Shown in pieces: positions 59,001 to 64,000 of a stretch of DNA of 64,000 nt. This DNA is from an uncultured archaeon (GTDB lineage Archaea; Asgardarchaeota; Thorarchaeia; Thorarchaeales; Thorarchaeaceae). The stretch lies in contig CAYWJO010000003.1 in the NCBI GenBank assembly GCA_964458565.1, positions 64,001 to 128,000 of the forward strand. Reading direction: 5' to 3'. How positions within the stretch are numbered: position 1 is the stretch's first letter; each line of letters starts with the position of its first letter. The notes below the pieces were generated by a model. That model saw only the letters and a program-made list of their open reading frames with translations, was not told the DNA's origin and searched no databases. The translations under genes were made by a program, and so were the position numbers.

Positions 59001-60847
59001 ACATTTACCCAGGCGACAAGATGAGCATGAGTTGAGTTTTCATATTCGAATAATTCGATCTCATGATAAACAGGATTTCCATCAACTGTAAACATGATAT
59101 CTGAGCCATCTGGTTGAGCATCTGTTCGCAAATCACTATCAAAAATATCAATCATTACAGGAAAATCATTTAGAACTGCTGTAACCTGAGATGAATGAAT
59201 GGTTATATCCTTGTAATAGGGCAGATTGTAATGCTGGTTCTGAATAATATCAGTTTCTAGAGGTACTAGATATTCAACAACCAATCGAGGCATATCATAA
59301 CTACGATATGCGTTAGCTGAATCAAAACCAGTGGTTCCTTTGAAATCGTTATACGAAATATCGTCTACACCATTCATGATATCCAACATGAATGTGACAT
59401 AGTTACCAGGTTCCCACCCTGATCGAGCAATCACACTCTGAAGGAGTGAACTTACATCAGGTGTACTATACCTCGTATTAGTAGTCCAGCTTGTTATATC
59501 CCATACAATACTTGCACCAAGCCAGGTGTATCTGTCTTCAAGGGTAGGTATACCTGTCGTAAATGCACTAGTATCATCGTCATCTGCTAGATATATCCTC
59601 ATATCCGCAATACCATCAGGACTTCCTGATGATTCCAATTCGAAGTATGCAGATGTTATTGCGGCACCCCGAGGAATGTTAACAGGGAATTGCACACCGC
59701 CTTGAAATGGATTTGAAGCCCAATTACCAGACCCATCATAAATTCCAATGTTTAAATCTCCATCCCCACTACCCCATGGATAACCATCAAGGTCAATCCC
59801 ATTACCACCACTATCATCATAGCAGTCACGACCACTTCCATATGGTACATATTGTGAGATTGAACCAGGTATTGAACCGACCACGCTGGTTTCATTCAAT
59901 TTGAGATCAATTTGCTCTGGGAATGGACGTACATCCATCTCCATAACAACTTCATCGATATACACTCTGCTAGTTCTTGCTGCTGATTGTACGCCATTTT
60001 GGTCGGTTCCAAGACCAATCTCAAAGAGGAGCGAATTTGGGAAAGAGAGGGTGTTGATAAATGAAGAAGAGATTGTTACTGAAGCTTGCAACCATGTGCC
60101 TGTTGAGTCCCCACTTTCAAAGACTCTGAATTTTGTTTCATCGCCACCTACTCGTATAAACAAATAACATTGATCATTCAAATTAGAAGCTGCTTCAACA
60201 TAATAGTAGAAACTAACATGAATTGATGTCACATCTCGATATGAAGCAGCCACCATTTGACTCATATAAAGTTCATCAGAGGAGTATACTGTCCAACCGG
60301 TCTGCCAATCTGCACGGAACGAGAAACCCCGTGAACCACCATAACCAGTACCAGCATAATCGATATTTCGGAACAGACCGTCTAATGGATGATCACTACC
60401 AGAAGATTCAGCGTCTATCATTGTCCAAAAATTAGGAACTGCTACATTCTGGTCGTCATAACCACTTACACCCCCAGTTAGAAACTTTTCCTGAGTGTAA
60501 GTGTCCCATGTTGGATTTGCAAGTGCATTGGCAATATTCAATGAGAGAGAGTCCAAGACTGCATCCAGGTTTGATCCAGAAAAACCTGAATCTATTCCAA
60601 CAACACCATATTCAGATGTTGTCGAGTCTATGGTTAGAGTAGTACCGTTCTTGGCAGTCCCACTGATCTCATAATAGATAGGATCTCCAGTTCCCGAGTA
60701 CGCTTCGGAGTCCTGAGACCATACACTATTCGTTGATTCATCATTCTTTTGATTTAGTTTACTATTTGCATCTAAATAAGGTCCACCGGTCATCGGGATT
60801 AGAAATAGTGCTACAAAGATAAATGCAACCAGACTTGCTCTCTTCAT
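44048..60847 (-). CDS. Giant type I membrane surface protein (5,599 aa): two DUF2341-like/LamG heads, extra N-terminal beta domains, dozens of Ig-like repeats, TM, conserved cytoplasmic tail
   Basis: MKRASLVAF signal with GGAGG RBS; paralogous to 32715-42197 throughout; TM PIVFILLLLGALYV. Confidence 0.88.
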   Translation of the reverse strand: MKRASLVAFIFVALFLIPMTGGPYLDANSKLNQKNDESTNSVWSQDSEAYSGTGDPIYYEISGTAKNGTTLTIDSTTSEYGVVGIDSGFSGSNLDAVLDSLSLNIANALANPTWDTYTQEKFLTGGVSGYDDQNVAVPNFWTMIDAESSGSDHPLDGLFRNIDYAGTGYGGSRGFSFRADWQTGWTVYSSDELYMSQMVAASYRDVTSIHVSFYYYVEAASNLNDQCYLFIRVGGDETKFRVFESGDSTGTWLQASVTISSSFINTLSFPNSLLFEIGLGTDQNGVQSAARTSRVYIDEVVMEMDVRPFPEQIDLKLNETSVVGSIPGSISQYVPYGSGRDCYDDSGGNGIDLDGYPWGSGDGDLNIGIYDGSGNWASNPFQGGVQFPVNIPRGAAITSAYFELESSGSPDGIADMRIYLADDDDTSAFTTGIPTLEDRYTWLGASIVWDITSWTTNTRYSTPDVSSLLQSVIARSGWEPGNYVTFMLDIMNGVDDISYNDFKGTTGFDSANAYRSYDMPRLVVEYLVPLETDIIQNQHYNLPYYKDITIHSSQVTAVLNDFPVMIDIFDSDLRTDAQPDGSDIMFTVDGNPVYHEIELFEYENSTHAHLVAWVNVPALSSSVDTVIRMHYCGSSVDLDSTNIWNNYEMVQHMDDNPSGTIFDSTWNNHDGFSNGSMSSNDVVAGQVGYGLNFDGDDDVLSVGQIATDDWSSFSISAWIFHNDTDDDRIFSKAPNTNPVDAIIHFAVQGTNFRIRYSTDYSTATSVDAGGVTVQNWHHLVWTWSAATAESNIYVDGSLIQTDTKNGVTPEDSTLNFTIGNWQMIDENNPVLDRFFNGTIDELRMTTMFLSTSWIETEFNNQYSPDTFYSVGSENTNTVGWSADEQVQFLISTSSTSPIDVGITLSMDFIGTGSSLDENMQEGTSFFVTNSSLVDWTANILVSPPALTDSMDFVVNYPITEWIPTSVTNPIGQAKIEGTDWDYTGGKLTIFSSAVDIWGVWEIKFQSWNYVQNVQLGINGQSLSDTAIFDINDVAQFRATTPWIENAKVGFVLSDPTDTVWYETSATSGTPGTTWHVPSFQYRKVLTILASQVDADVTNFPVMVSFSDTDLGTRAQSDGDDIVFTDSIGKVLSHEIERYDSGALVAWVKANLTSTLSNTLYMYYGNPVIGPTEQPTEVWTNNYDAVWHLSEDYTDETFGNAFYDSTIGNYTGTGNGTDRTVGMRDGHSYGQDFDGNDWISIAASEGLDLSGDLTLSGWFYIADSWGSTSSPSRLLMSKYLDGDDNFHIMLIGADYSESTNSPGSLAFGFEVGGSEYTKYTTTTSWSSGWYYYTCYMDADAPSNNKIFINGVDDTSTTVHTGASSLNLAFTTDWGIGGGYLDPSEVSAGEAYHTGKIDEVRIAGVQRVSGWISTEYKNMFAPTTFVQRGSQQTRTSPEHSVTKTIDSTAPAGIWTVSVYYNDTGASVSDKTGLYEREFLVKHDSSLTLVSPGDAVSDQVSLRFAGDLLYVEVYLDDDVNSQSITGATVSMNWTVSGSPTAKTFNDYGTGYYGIAVNTSDLGTATSWRIDIQSSHPYYNDATTHFDLQLYHHTSLTYLNVSTTPVGFDFKATLVFTNAYTGLPITGATITLSDGSPVTVEAQGGGKYNISVSTSGLNLGEHIFAFNATKSGFFLEQGYTEITFILRKHYTTASIVGNTITPYGLETNLTVVVIDTDLGIELDETYVDSFILSWFGDSQPFDGSSLNVLLDTSDWSVSTRVVTLSLLMSHVNYSNPTDYSFDVTIRTHYTAVSVSGGLTTPFGVNTPINVKIIDLDTGDDIGILNVSQLSFTSSYGTQDVTTPGNNYVTLITSSWLVGAETVTLSVSFSNPNYAIPDDYQFDVQIRVHYTALMITGDFTTAHGLDTDVRIIVLDTDTGTELATDDVTLVRFQWTGGYQDANPSATSTFDFVLDTSPWPVGLRTVTTFAVVDSSSYDSPDNFVFNVTIRGHYTSASVSGDFIQPFGSTSPLTISIIDLDTGASVALGNVGNYTFNWSGGSQFEQATSWDVTLDTSSWPVMTRIVNLTIKMSNPIFAAPDIYQFNVEIRKHYTSTNIQGDLVTPFGYDTNLTIVLTDTDTGTQLDDTFVSSYSFLSSYGSDPGSPSTLNHSLDTDSWSVSQVSVTLSLSMSGDYESPSDYDFVVTIRKHYTVVGVQADFLVPYGFTTDVTIVLTDVDTGLLLTQNEIESFTFTSWEVEGDNQPGISSLDFTLTTDDWTLGPETVVLSVIMDSDYFNPTDYSFEILVRKHHTAMSVQGDFITPYGEVTHVTIVLVDLDTGTNLDHTFVSSFTFTSSSEFEGKSSGITNLNYTLTTDDWVIGSDTVTLTLTMNNIYSSPDDYDFAVTIRKHYTSLSVDGDLLTPFGFNTPLIIVIVDLDTASELTHTSVYYFNFTSIPSPYSEVTPSDLDVNLPTNLWSIGDEIVTLSVTMVGSSEYYDPTDYDFTITIRKHHTAMTVQGDFVTAYGYTTAVTILLTDLDTVSILDYSDVGSFGFVWATGNHNETSPGIFDLDVLLATDTWSVASHPVTLGLDMTGIYESPDDYSFSIIIRTHYTAITVIGDLVSPYGNDTPLTIVITDLDTGAQLDNSSVAGFTFSSGYAPYSPSNTQLDLVLPTNIWNVGTETVTLSMTMSGIYGHPGNYVFDIVIHSLKTYLYNEPTDLIYPIDDDFQIIIRFNVSEDGNQYNGAPINGITQGEFTVTNGTGYTFPASISFLSDGRYNLSISATFFQKKGSYSITIRVIPSDSRYGSTSLIIIFEYREALSFLSSDNYPQVITPYGSDVWITLNYTDIDRNAGISGATITATGISISYYEFPGTPGLYNVTLLVGGLDRGIHYFDLTAESTIHAARTLSNFRILVRIVYTYAIPTVGALDIPVGNDPVFYVEYWDIDNNLPIDDSGLFELNTGWDTLFGRPVIMQYLLGEGRYRITLPTEVDDPLQQNVVVLFNFSKGSNYQFGLFNLTISLRTHNTDFRTVNAPEPTYFNANITIDVFYGDLDDQVGIKSKYVLHRVEDINGLPVTSYLFNGTLPGYYVIKVPANQFGPGLFGLKIFFNWTGPVYTYQNKTINTQVNIGGTESAYALLITAEPTPYLENMTYTFFYSDFFTGIGIDNTTSGNPPGGNVFISIEFQSYTVDLSKVTITEVIGQPGNYSISFNNTIFGTTGVILMNVYIGWNPGVDPYYTNRTDVIAVRVNPRDTILSVTPPTPTPYGENATFIFTYDDVTGAGSVPIAYNSTTMEIILSLADFSLFYNDTDKTFTVSFDTNQFTAPIEKKSFTLSVTWDGAPFYADRYGRQISVTLTLRQTVVEYQTPSPTPFGDNVVFSVIWTDVTGTGGPIDNNVNLTLYDVLGSIYIPFSYYSVTPLGDGEYSVDFNASYYTTPGTFGLRVYLTNYTFFMPDVTASRFLEIRYRTTFLTADPVPRNAYNTSVDIILYYQDFLTLDNIDHDVSVQILSPGTWYSSMSWLGAPYNYYLLTVQTYNHPAMVPGNVTSLIIQLSYQNAAPFYSSRTTVADIETRARYSTLDLSVSPSDTPYLEYVNFTIRYYDVDLDATISGGTVSIYKGLTTLVQDVDYLVTPGSPGYYDVSVLSTALDGLGATSLKVSASYSGIPYHAMANLTVTAQVVKRTSNVEILVAPSATNYLEDVTFIFAFTDAVTGQKVQISDSDIKIYDQGVLLTQVVDYTLNGTTGTSFEVTINSVTLSTVLINNLQITVEVIWDGSVPYYRDDSSTTKVSIIPRDTLVSVSPPINTAYGENATFTFSFLDVSGGGESAISFDPTHMDISTSLFETPEIFGVTEFTIEFDTAQFGGIGQKTFTLSVTWAGAPYYSNRTLITIRITVTLRASIVEFQSPDPTPFGDSVVFTVEYQDIAGLTTTGILDSDCDFALFYSNISGNYPLTGFYSVNYLGSGVFEIDLDSSYFATPGLFTLNASFTYTGSEYVEDAWSIRQFSVRYRSTILSNEPVGRIGIDTIMNVILDYQDILTLQTIVNGTTFYTSFEILNTTGPDYVYSITWDSDSQKYELQVETAGRGFGSGINYTLHVRMSYVNLEPFYAADELYIAFSIRGRIASIDLEESPQPTAYNDITESPLNPFVVLYLDTDASIGIDGASISLEYSNGSPIALMYYTWDALTAGEYQINLNTSALGAPAQYTIFVFANKIGAPYYYNEAVISVRITVTTRPTNVDVKDPPQQTKYLDLFNFTLAFTDVGTGNDIIIDSGDVIIYNGGTLLSPSNYIITPEINYFRIVINTTKIANATLTRILTITVTWSGGAPYYASDSTPVSVTITKRVARITIGLSPDTPMQDLMRLTFNYTDDTTGNGIVIPLTQITLACDQVTLTWGANYWVYSGALPGEYYIDVSTTFLGSFGIFTFRLNLDWIDSSRPFYRDISGVPMVGSVRGIRTSITPDSPVPSTVPLKDNVSITITLNDIDHTLPDPRHYINDVSSSITVVYSSGSEPAIWDIEFLFDGQYLITVNTLDAGAAGLKSLVITFNLYPYDEAESQVSFQVRLRQASIQEVSSTKSRFAGDEGYILVWLNDTDANVLVDGASSTVTWLSVSDVTPISGGFYNITFQTTSIPYGVKILKIVLSLSSYSISAVYFDIEIKQVETDLTLSDSSISVYWRDEVTITAVYYDTVHSRPVLAGDLTYSWILGSDIPLIATGVPGNFTFSLDTQLVPHGTYAIQIIASYENHITQTKSVTLTILQIPVSINPSGDDFTLDTTRGSEVTIRVNLEVSDSPYAGEGVIDANVLITWDFGSEQSEYFTQETGGNYSFILDTDDAEASRTYTLVIEASKNNYLISPIIMTLVVKQTMTVVQLDINSQSIADENFYWSQIVEVGVWVYAPYINETENPDEHWRNDATVTMSLIGEGTPYPLYLLNRSVFGANYWGYYNVSIDTSQYPAQTYTLRISAVPLNKEYTSNSTTTTLSIRAIHTLVEAPEIPAIFWGGNGTYGFNFVDEDHESLVINATVTYQWANRKFNATPFGNGTYGIFIDSTLVEPSTEEYSLTVDFRKDNYDYIPRTVRVRVRSIPTEIVVYPPKYSNSSMDATQLVVPFGDSITVILFYNATVAPWDTPFIGGVEGANWTLDEVDYARYYHPVYDTSPLDIIELGNGNYSFTFDTSLFRVDDARYRFTIPLRTANRTQSIITIFITIIDVPTDTAFTSNNVDSEDRININYAVPTTVELRFYDAWPGHVGDGITGAYIKVISSNPEVVNVTSWEEIGNGIYRLTIEAPVLFPIGLPDVSSVIDIRIYRVNHVDGDIELLVGITPTEFQDTLTTVTSYGTPIVFILLLLGALYVRVLSVPKRLRQINGQIKALGKGKVPKPIDEAKRRDQLIAELFNDTFEQVKITRRPDQLPSESVIVAVPEMGELLVQLSILTHLSPDELDEFKADISKMRLSEQAAFVKEVIYQEAIRAARRDGKSVEKVLEEVADQASRTVAGVEEGEVPRVDYRGPEEDSIFLVDEDRPKKPPIDFDEPIDVDEEMESTIMKAEPEAKRMADKRPEDYLPERPASPDEKLSPFELAELRKELEEKGVPPHEIDTIMEQAEHLSRELVDEFVKSLTGKK
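52810..55805 (-). repeat. Ten tandem ~100-aa repeats starting RxH(Y/H)T...G...G...D(L/T/V)DTG
   Basis: Ten copies counted in the translation; diverged at DNA level; boundaries approximate. Confidence 0.85.
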
Positions 60848-61186
60848 TCATTTGAACCTCCTGGGTCATAAAGGTCCGTTTTGTTTTGGTTATGAAACGG
60901 TTAGGTCAGAAAGACCTAGTGTACACTCCTCATTTGGTTCATTTACAGACATAAGAAGGAATTGTATGTCTGACCAATTCCGTGATTAGACGGTTATGCC
61001 AATTTTTCGAAATCCCAATCAAAGATACATGCGATCACACATTCATTCATTTTGATTTCTTTATCCATCTATTACCTATGCCCAACGAACCAAATAGAAT
61101 TCAAACGTATCTACTCATATATTTACGCTGTTTGAATTCGCGGAGAGAAATTCTAGGAATACTTGTCACAAATCAGGTCAAAATAG

Positions 61187-61879
61187 CTAATTGGGTGCAT
61201 TAAGATAATCTCTATAGCTTACAAAAGAATAACCAAGCCGATCTTTCATATCTGCAATCAAATTGAACACAGAGTTAGACCTACAATCCGCAGGATGAAT
61301 GGCAAGTTGCATCGCGCCTCCAATCTCTAGCTCTAGCAAAGAATCTACAATCTCTAATTTCCCATCGCCATTGCTCACAAAGTGATCGGCTGTAGATAAG
61401 ACAGATTTTTTCTTGAGCAGGTGAATTTCGTTTCCAACCACACAATAATCCAATTTCATGTCTTCAACAATCTTGAGGATTCTTGGAGGAGCTAACCATT
61501 TTGGAGGAATAAATCCGACAGGGCGAGAACCAAACACCTTCCGAACGGAAGTCACTCCTCGCTGAACTCTTGAAGTCATCTGCTCGCTGTTCAAATTCTT
61601 GAATTCACTCGCACCTCCAGATTTGGCTAGAAATGAATATCCATGAAGGGATATCTCCTGATCGAGAGATTTTAGATATTTCACAAAGATTTCATGTTTC
61701 TCAAAATTAGCTGACCCCTTCATTTCATACATGGGAGTGATGAGTAACGTATAGCTATCAATACCTATCTCATCCATTCGGTCGATAGTTGTAATAATAT
61801 CATTTTCAAATGCAGGAGAAATAACAGAGATAGAAACCAAACAGGTTTGCTCTTTGACTTGTTCAGACTTCCGTCTCAA
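61187..61879 (-). CDS. Polysaccharide deacetylase-like (CE4/DUF2334) protein, probably degenerate
   Basis: EISLHGY, GFIPPKW and AIHPAD motifs; the usual HDV motif reads SVI. Confidence 0.65.
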   Translation of the reverse strand: MRRKSEQVKEQTCLVSISVISPAFENDIITTIDRMDEIGIDSYTLLITPMYEMKGSANFEKHEIFVKYLKSLDQEISLHGYSFLAKSGGASEFKNLNSEQMTSRVQRGVTSVRKVFGSRPVGFIPPKWLAPPRILKIVEDMKLDYCVVGNEIHLLKKKSVLSTADHFVSNGDGKLEIVDSLLELEIGGAMQLAIHPADCRSNSVFNLIADMKDRLGYSFVSYRDYLNAPN

Positions 61880-61941
61880 CTCTATATCCCCATTATACTA
61901 TACAATGCGGTAATATATGCACACCACTAAAGAAATAGTGT

Positions 61942-62178
61942 TCATATTGATTTGTTCCATTGTTTATAGGCTAAGTCAATGTCCTTGTCTGTGATGGTCT
62001 TTCTTCGTGTGTGCTCTGTAATTTCGAATGCTCTGCGAGCTATGTATATTCCTACATCTTCCAGTATTTTTGCAAGTCGTTCAGCACCCTTATCGCTGAC
62101 TCGTCCAGCACCAGCTTTTCTAATCAAGCGGTCAATAGGTGCAACGGGTATGATTCTGTCATCTCGTGATCTTGGCAA
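61942..62178 (-). CDS. Archaeal histone with a short basic N-terminal extension
   Basis: IPVAPIDRLIRKAGAGRVS...HTRRKTITDKDIDLA; TTG start after AAGGAG. Confidence 0.95.
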   Translation of the reverse strand: MPRSRDDRIIPVAPIDRLIRKAGAGRVSDKGAERLAKILEDVGIYIARRAFEITEHTRRKTITDKDIDLAYKQWNKSI

Positions 62179-62307
62179 AAGTTATCGCTCCTTTTTTTGG
62201 CATTTTTGGCCTTTTCAGCCTGTTATCTCTTGGATGGCCTATTAAAGGCTTGTTATATTGGAAAAACAACCATTTGAAGTGAGTACGTTTGGCGCGTAGG
62301 TTTTACC

Positions 62308-63504
62308 TCATCGACCCTCTTTCCCTGTACGAAGAATTACTACCTTGGACATGTTCAGTTCGTTATCCAAGACTGATAGATCCATCTGTGCCTCTAGTTG
62401 ACGCACCTTTTCGAGATCCGCACCAATTGAAGGATATTTTGGAGCAAGTGTGCAGCAGGATGGTGCATCTGTTGCATAATCATATGTACCGACCTCTCGA
62501 GCAAGAGCAGTGATATCCACTTTGTCATCGCCAGCAAGAGGTCGTAGAATTGGCAGGTCTCGAACAGCATCATCGATTACTCGAAGATTACGTGTCGTCT
62601 GCGAGGCTTGTTCTCCGATTATCTCCCCAGTTACAATAGCTTCTGCATCCTCCTTCTCTGCAACACCTCGAGCAAGACGCATCATGTTTCTCTTACAGAA
62701 CACACATGTCAATTTGGTTTCGCCCTGAGCCATGGCTTCATCGAGATCTGGACCGTGAGGTACCAAGTACAACTTGACCTTGTAATTATGTATGTAATCA
62801 GCAAGAGTCTGTGCCTGCTTCTTGACCAACTCGATGCATGATTCATCACTATGAGGAAGATTGTCAAAATAGACGAAGGTAGGGATACACCCTCGTTTCA
62901 TTATTTTGTATGCAGCCATTGGAGAATCAAGTCCTGTCGAGAGGGTGCAGACAACTTTGCCTTGGGTGCCTGTAGGCATTCCTCCAACACCTTTGATGGT
63001 CTTTGCAAAAAGATATGCAGCTTCTTTGCGAACCTCGACGTAAATCTCTTGCTCAGGATTTGAGAGATCTACCTCTAGATTGTATTCTGAGAGGTCATCA
63101 AAAATTGCGCCACCTAATTGTGCCCCTACGTCTTGGCTTGAGTACTGATGGTTACCAAATCGACGCGCATGTACAGCAAATGTCAATCCTTTCTTAAATT
63201 CAGACCTAGCAAGTTTTATACCCGCTGAGGTTATTGAGTCCAGTTCCGAGGTTGTGACTACAACAGGCGAAGTGGATACTACTCCAAAGACTCTTGATGC
63301 AACCAAAGAAGCTTTTTCGACATCTGGGGTTTCGATAAAGATTCTACCCCATTCCTGTCGTATGCTATCAAATGAAACCTTATTCTCTCTAAGTGTTGAG
63401 CGAATGTGCTTCACAAGCATTGCAGTCATTCGTTTACGAGTTTGGTTTGACTTAATACCAATCTCACCAAATCGTAATAATACTGTAGAATACTCAGGTT
63501 CCAT
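62308..63504 (-). CDS. thiI: tRNA 4-thiouridine synthase (THUMP plus PP-loop, no rhodanese domain)
   Basis: RFGEIGIKS, GVGGMPTGTQG, STGLDSP, CVFCKR, TGEIIGEQASQT, RPL..DK. Confidence 0.93.
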   Translation of the reverse strand: MEPEYSTVLLRFGEIGIKSNQTRKRMTAMLVKHIRSTLRENKVSFDSIRQEWGRIFIETPDVEKASLVASRVFGVVSTSPVVVTTSELDSITSAGIKLARSEFKKGLTFAVHARRFGNHQYSSQDVGAQLGGAIFDDLSEYNLEVDLSNPEQEIYVEVRKEAAYLFAKTIKGVGGMPTGTQGKVVCTLSTGLDSPMAAYKIMKRGCIPTFVYFDNLPHSDESCIELVKKQAQTLADYIHNYKVKLYLVPHGPDLDEAMAQGETKLTCVFCKRNMMRLARGVAEKEDAEAIVTGEIIGEQASQTTRNLRVIDDAVRDLPILRPLAGDDKVDITALAREVGTYDYATDAPSCCTLAPKYPSIGADLEKVRQLEAQMDLSVLDNELNMSKVVILRTGKEGR

Positions 63505-63611
63505 AAAGATTCCTCAATAAATGATAGTCTACTGATATCCCAATTAACAGTTGTGAAATGACGACTATAGTAAGAAACCTTATCCAGCGCCGTTGGTGAT
63601 GGTTTTGTAGA

Positions 63612-64000
63612 ATGCCAGAACTCATTGTCGCTTCATGGGACGAAACTAATATTGAAGAACTTGCTACACTAGCCGTTCAATGCCGACGAGAAATGGGAAT
63701 TAGCAAGCTAGACGAAACCATTGAAGATTTTGTCGAAAAACTGGAAGGGTCATATGAAAGTGCACAGTATGACTGGGTTGTTTTAGCAAGAACGGAAGAC
63801 AAACTCTTAGGTTGGGTAACTCTCTGGAAATGGGATATTGACATCCTAAGAATCAGTAATTGGCAACCCTATGTTATGGATAGTAACAAAGGAATAGCTC
63901 AATGCATCATCGAACAAATCATCAAGATTACAGTACAACAGGAATTGAATCGAATACATGTTGCATTTAGTAGAGTTGATGATAATAGTCTAGATGCATA
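63612..64000 (+). CDS. GNAT-like acetyltransferase, truncated by the window end
   Basis: Not in the ORF track. Open frame MPELIVASWD...VVLARTEDKLLGWV...WQPYV...KGIAQCIIEQI fits a GNAT strand/helix pattern. Confidence 0.55.
   Translation, partial: MPELIVASWDETNIEELATLAVQCRREMGISKLDETIEDFVEKLEGSYESAQYDWVVLARTEDKLLGWVTLWKWDIDILRISNWQPYVMDSNKGIAQCIIEQIIKITVQQELNRIHVAFSRVDDNSLDA

Noticed and set aside
60864-60916. GGTCAnAAAG repeated upstream of the largest gene as an operator
   Set aside because: Two short imperfect copies cannot be told apart from chance.
868-63520. Numerous short antisense or alternate-frame ORFs in the track, and 5' extensions such as 3831, 6197, 20524 and 20759
   Set aside because: They overlap well-supported genes and show no motifs; paralogue alignment and RBS position favour the shorter starts.

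Overview
Archaeal chromosomal segment of about 40% GC by eye. It carries an archaeal histone, a Cdc6/Orc1-like gene, an RFC subunit, RIO kinases and giant DUF2341/LamG surface proteins, so an Asgard archaeon (Thorarchaeia-like) is the likely source; this is inference. No rRNA, tRNA, CRISPR array or mobile element was seen. About 41% of the window is two paralogous giant single-pass membrane proteins (about 3,160 and 5,599 aa) with accordion-like extracellular repeats and a highly conserved cytoplasmic tail. Strongest leads: (1) an XPB helicase with a eukaryote/bacteria-type N-terminal domain near a p52/Tfb2-like protein and an RFC subunit, a possible proto-TFIIH/NER module; (2) a tandem RIO-kinase operon behind a roughly 300-nt structured leader with unannotated, RBS-led small ORFs, suggesting attenuation-type control; (3) the giant receptor-like adhesins; (4) a membrane-anchored tandem winged-helix protein with a DDRGK1/PCI-like motif. 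Also notable are likely dead paralogues (Cdc6, RadA, M28 peptidases) and many tandem duplicates with near-identical internal DNA tracts. All family calls come from motif recognition by eye, not from database searches.
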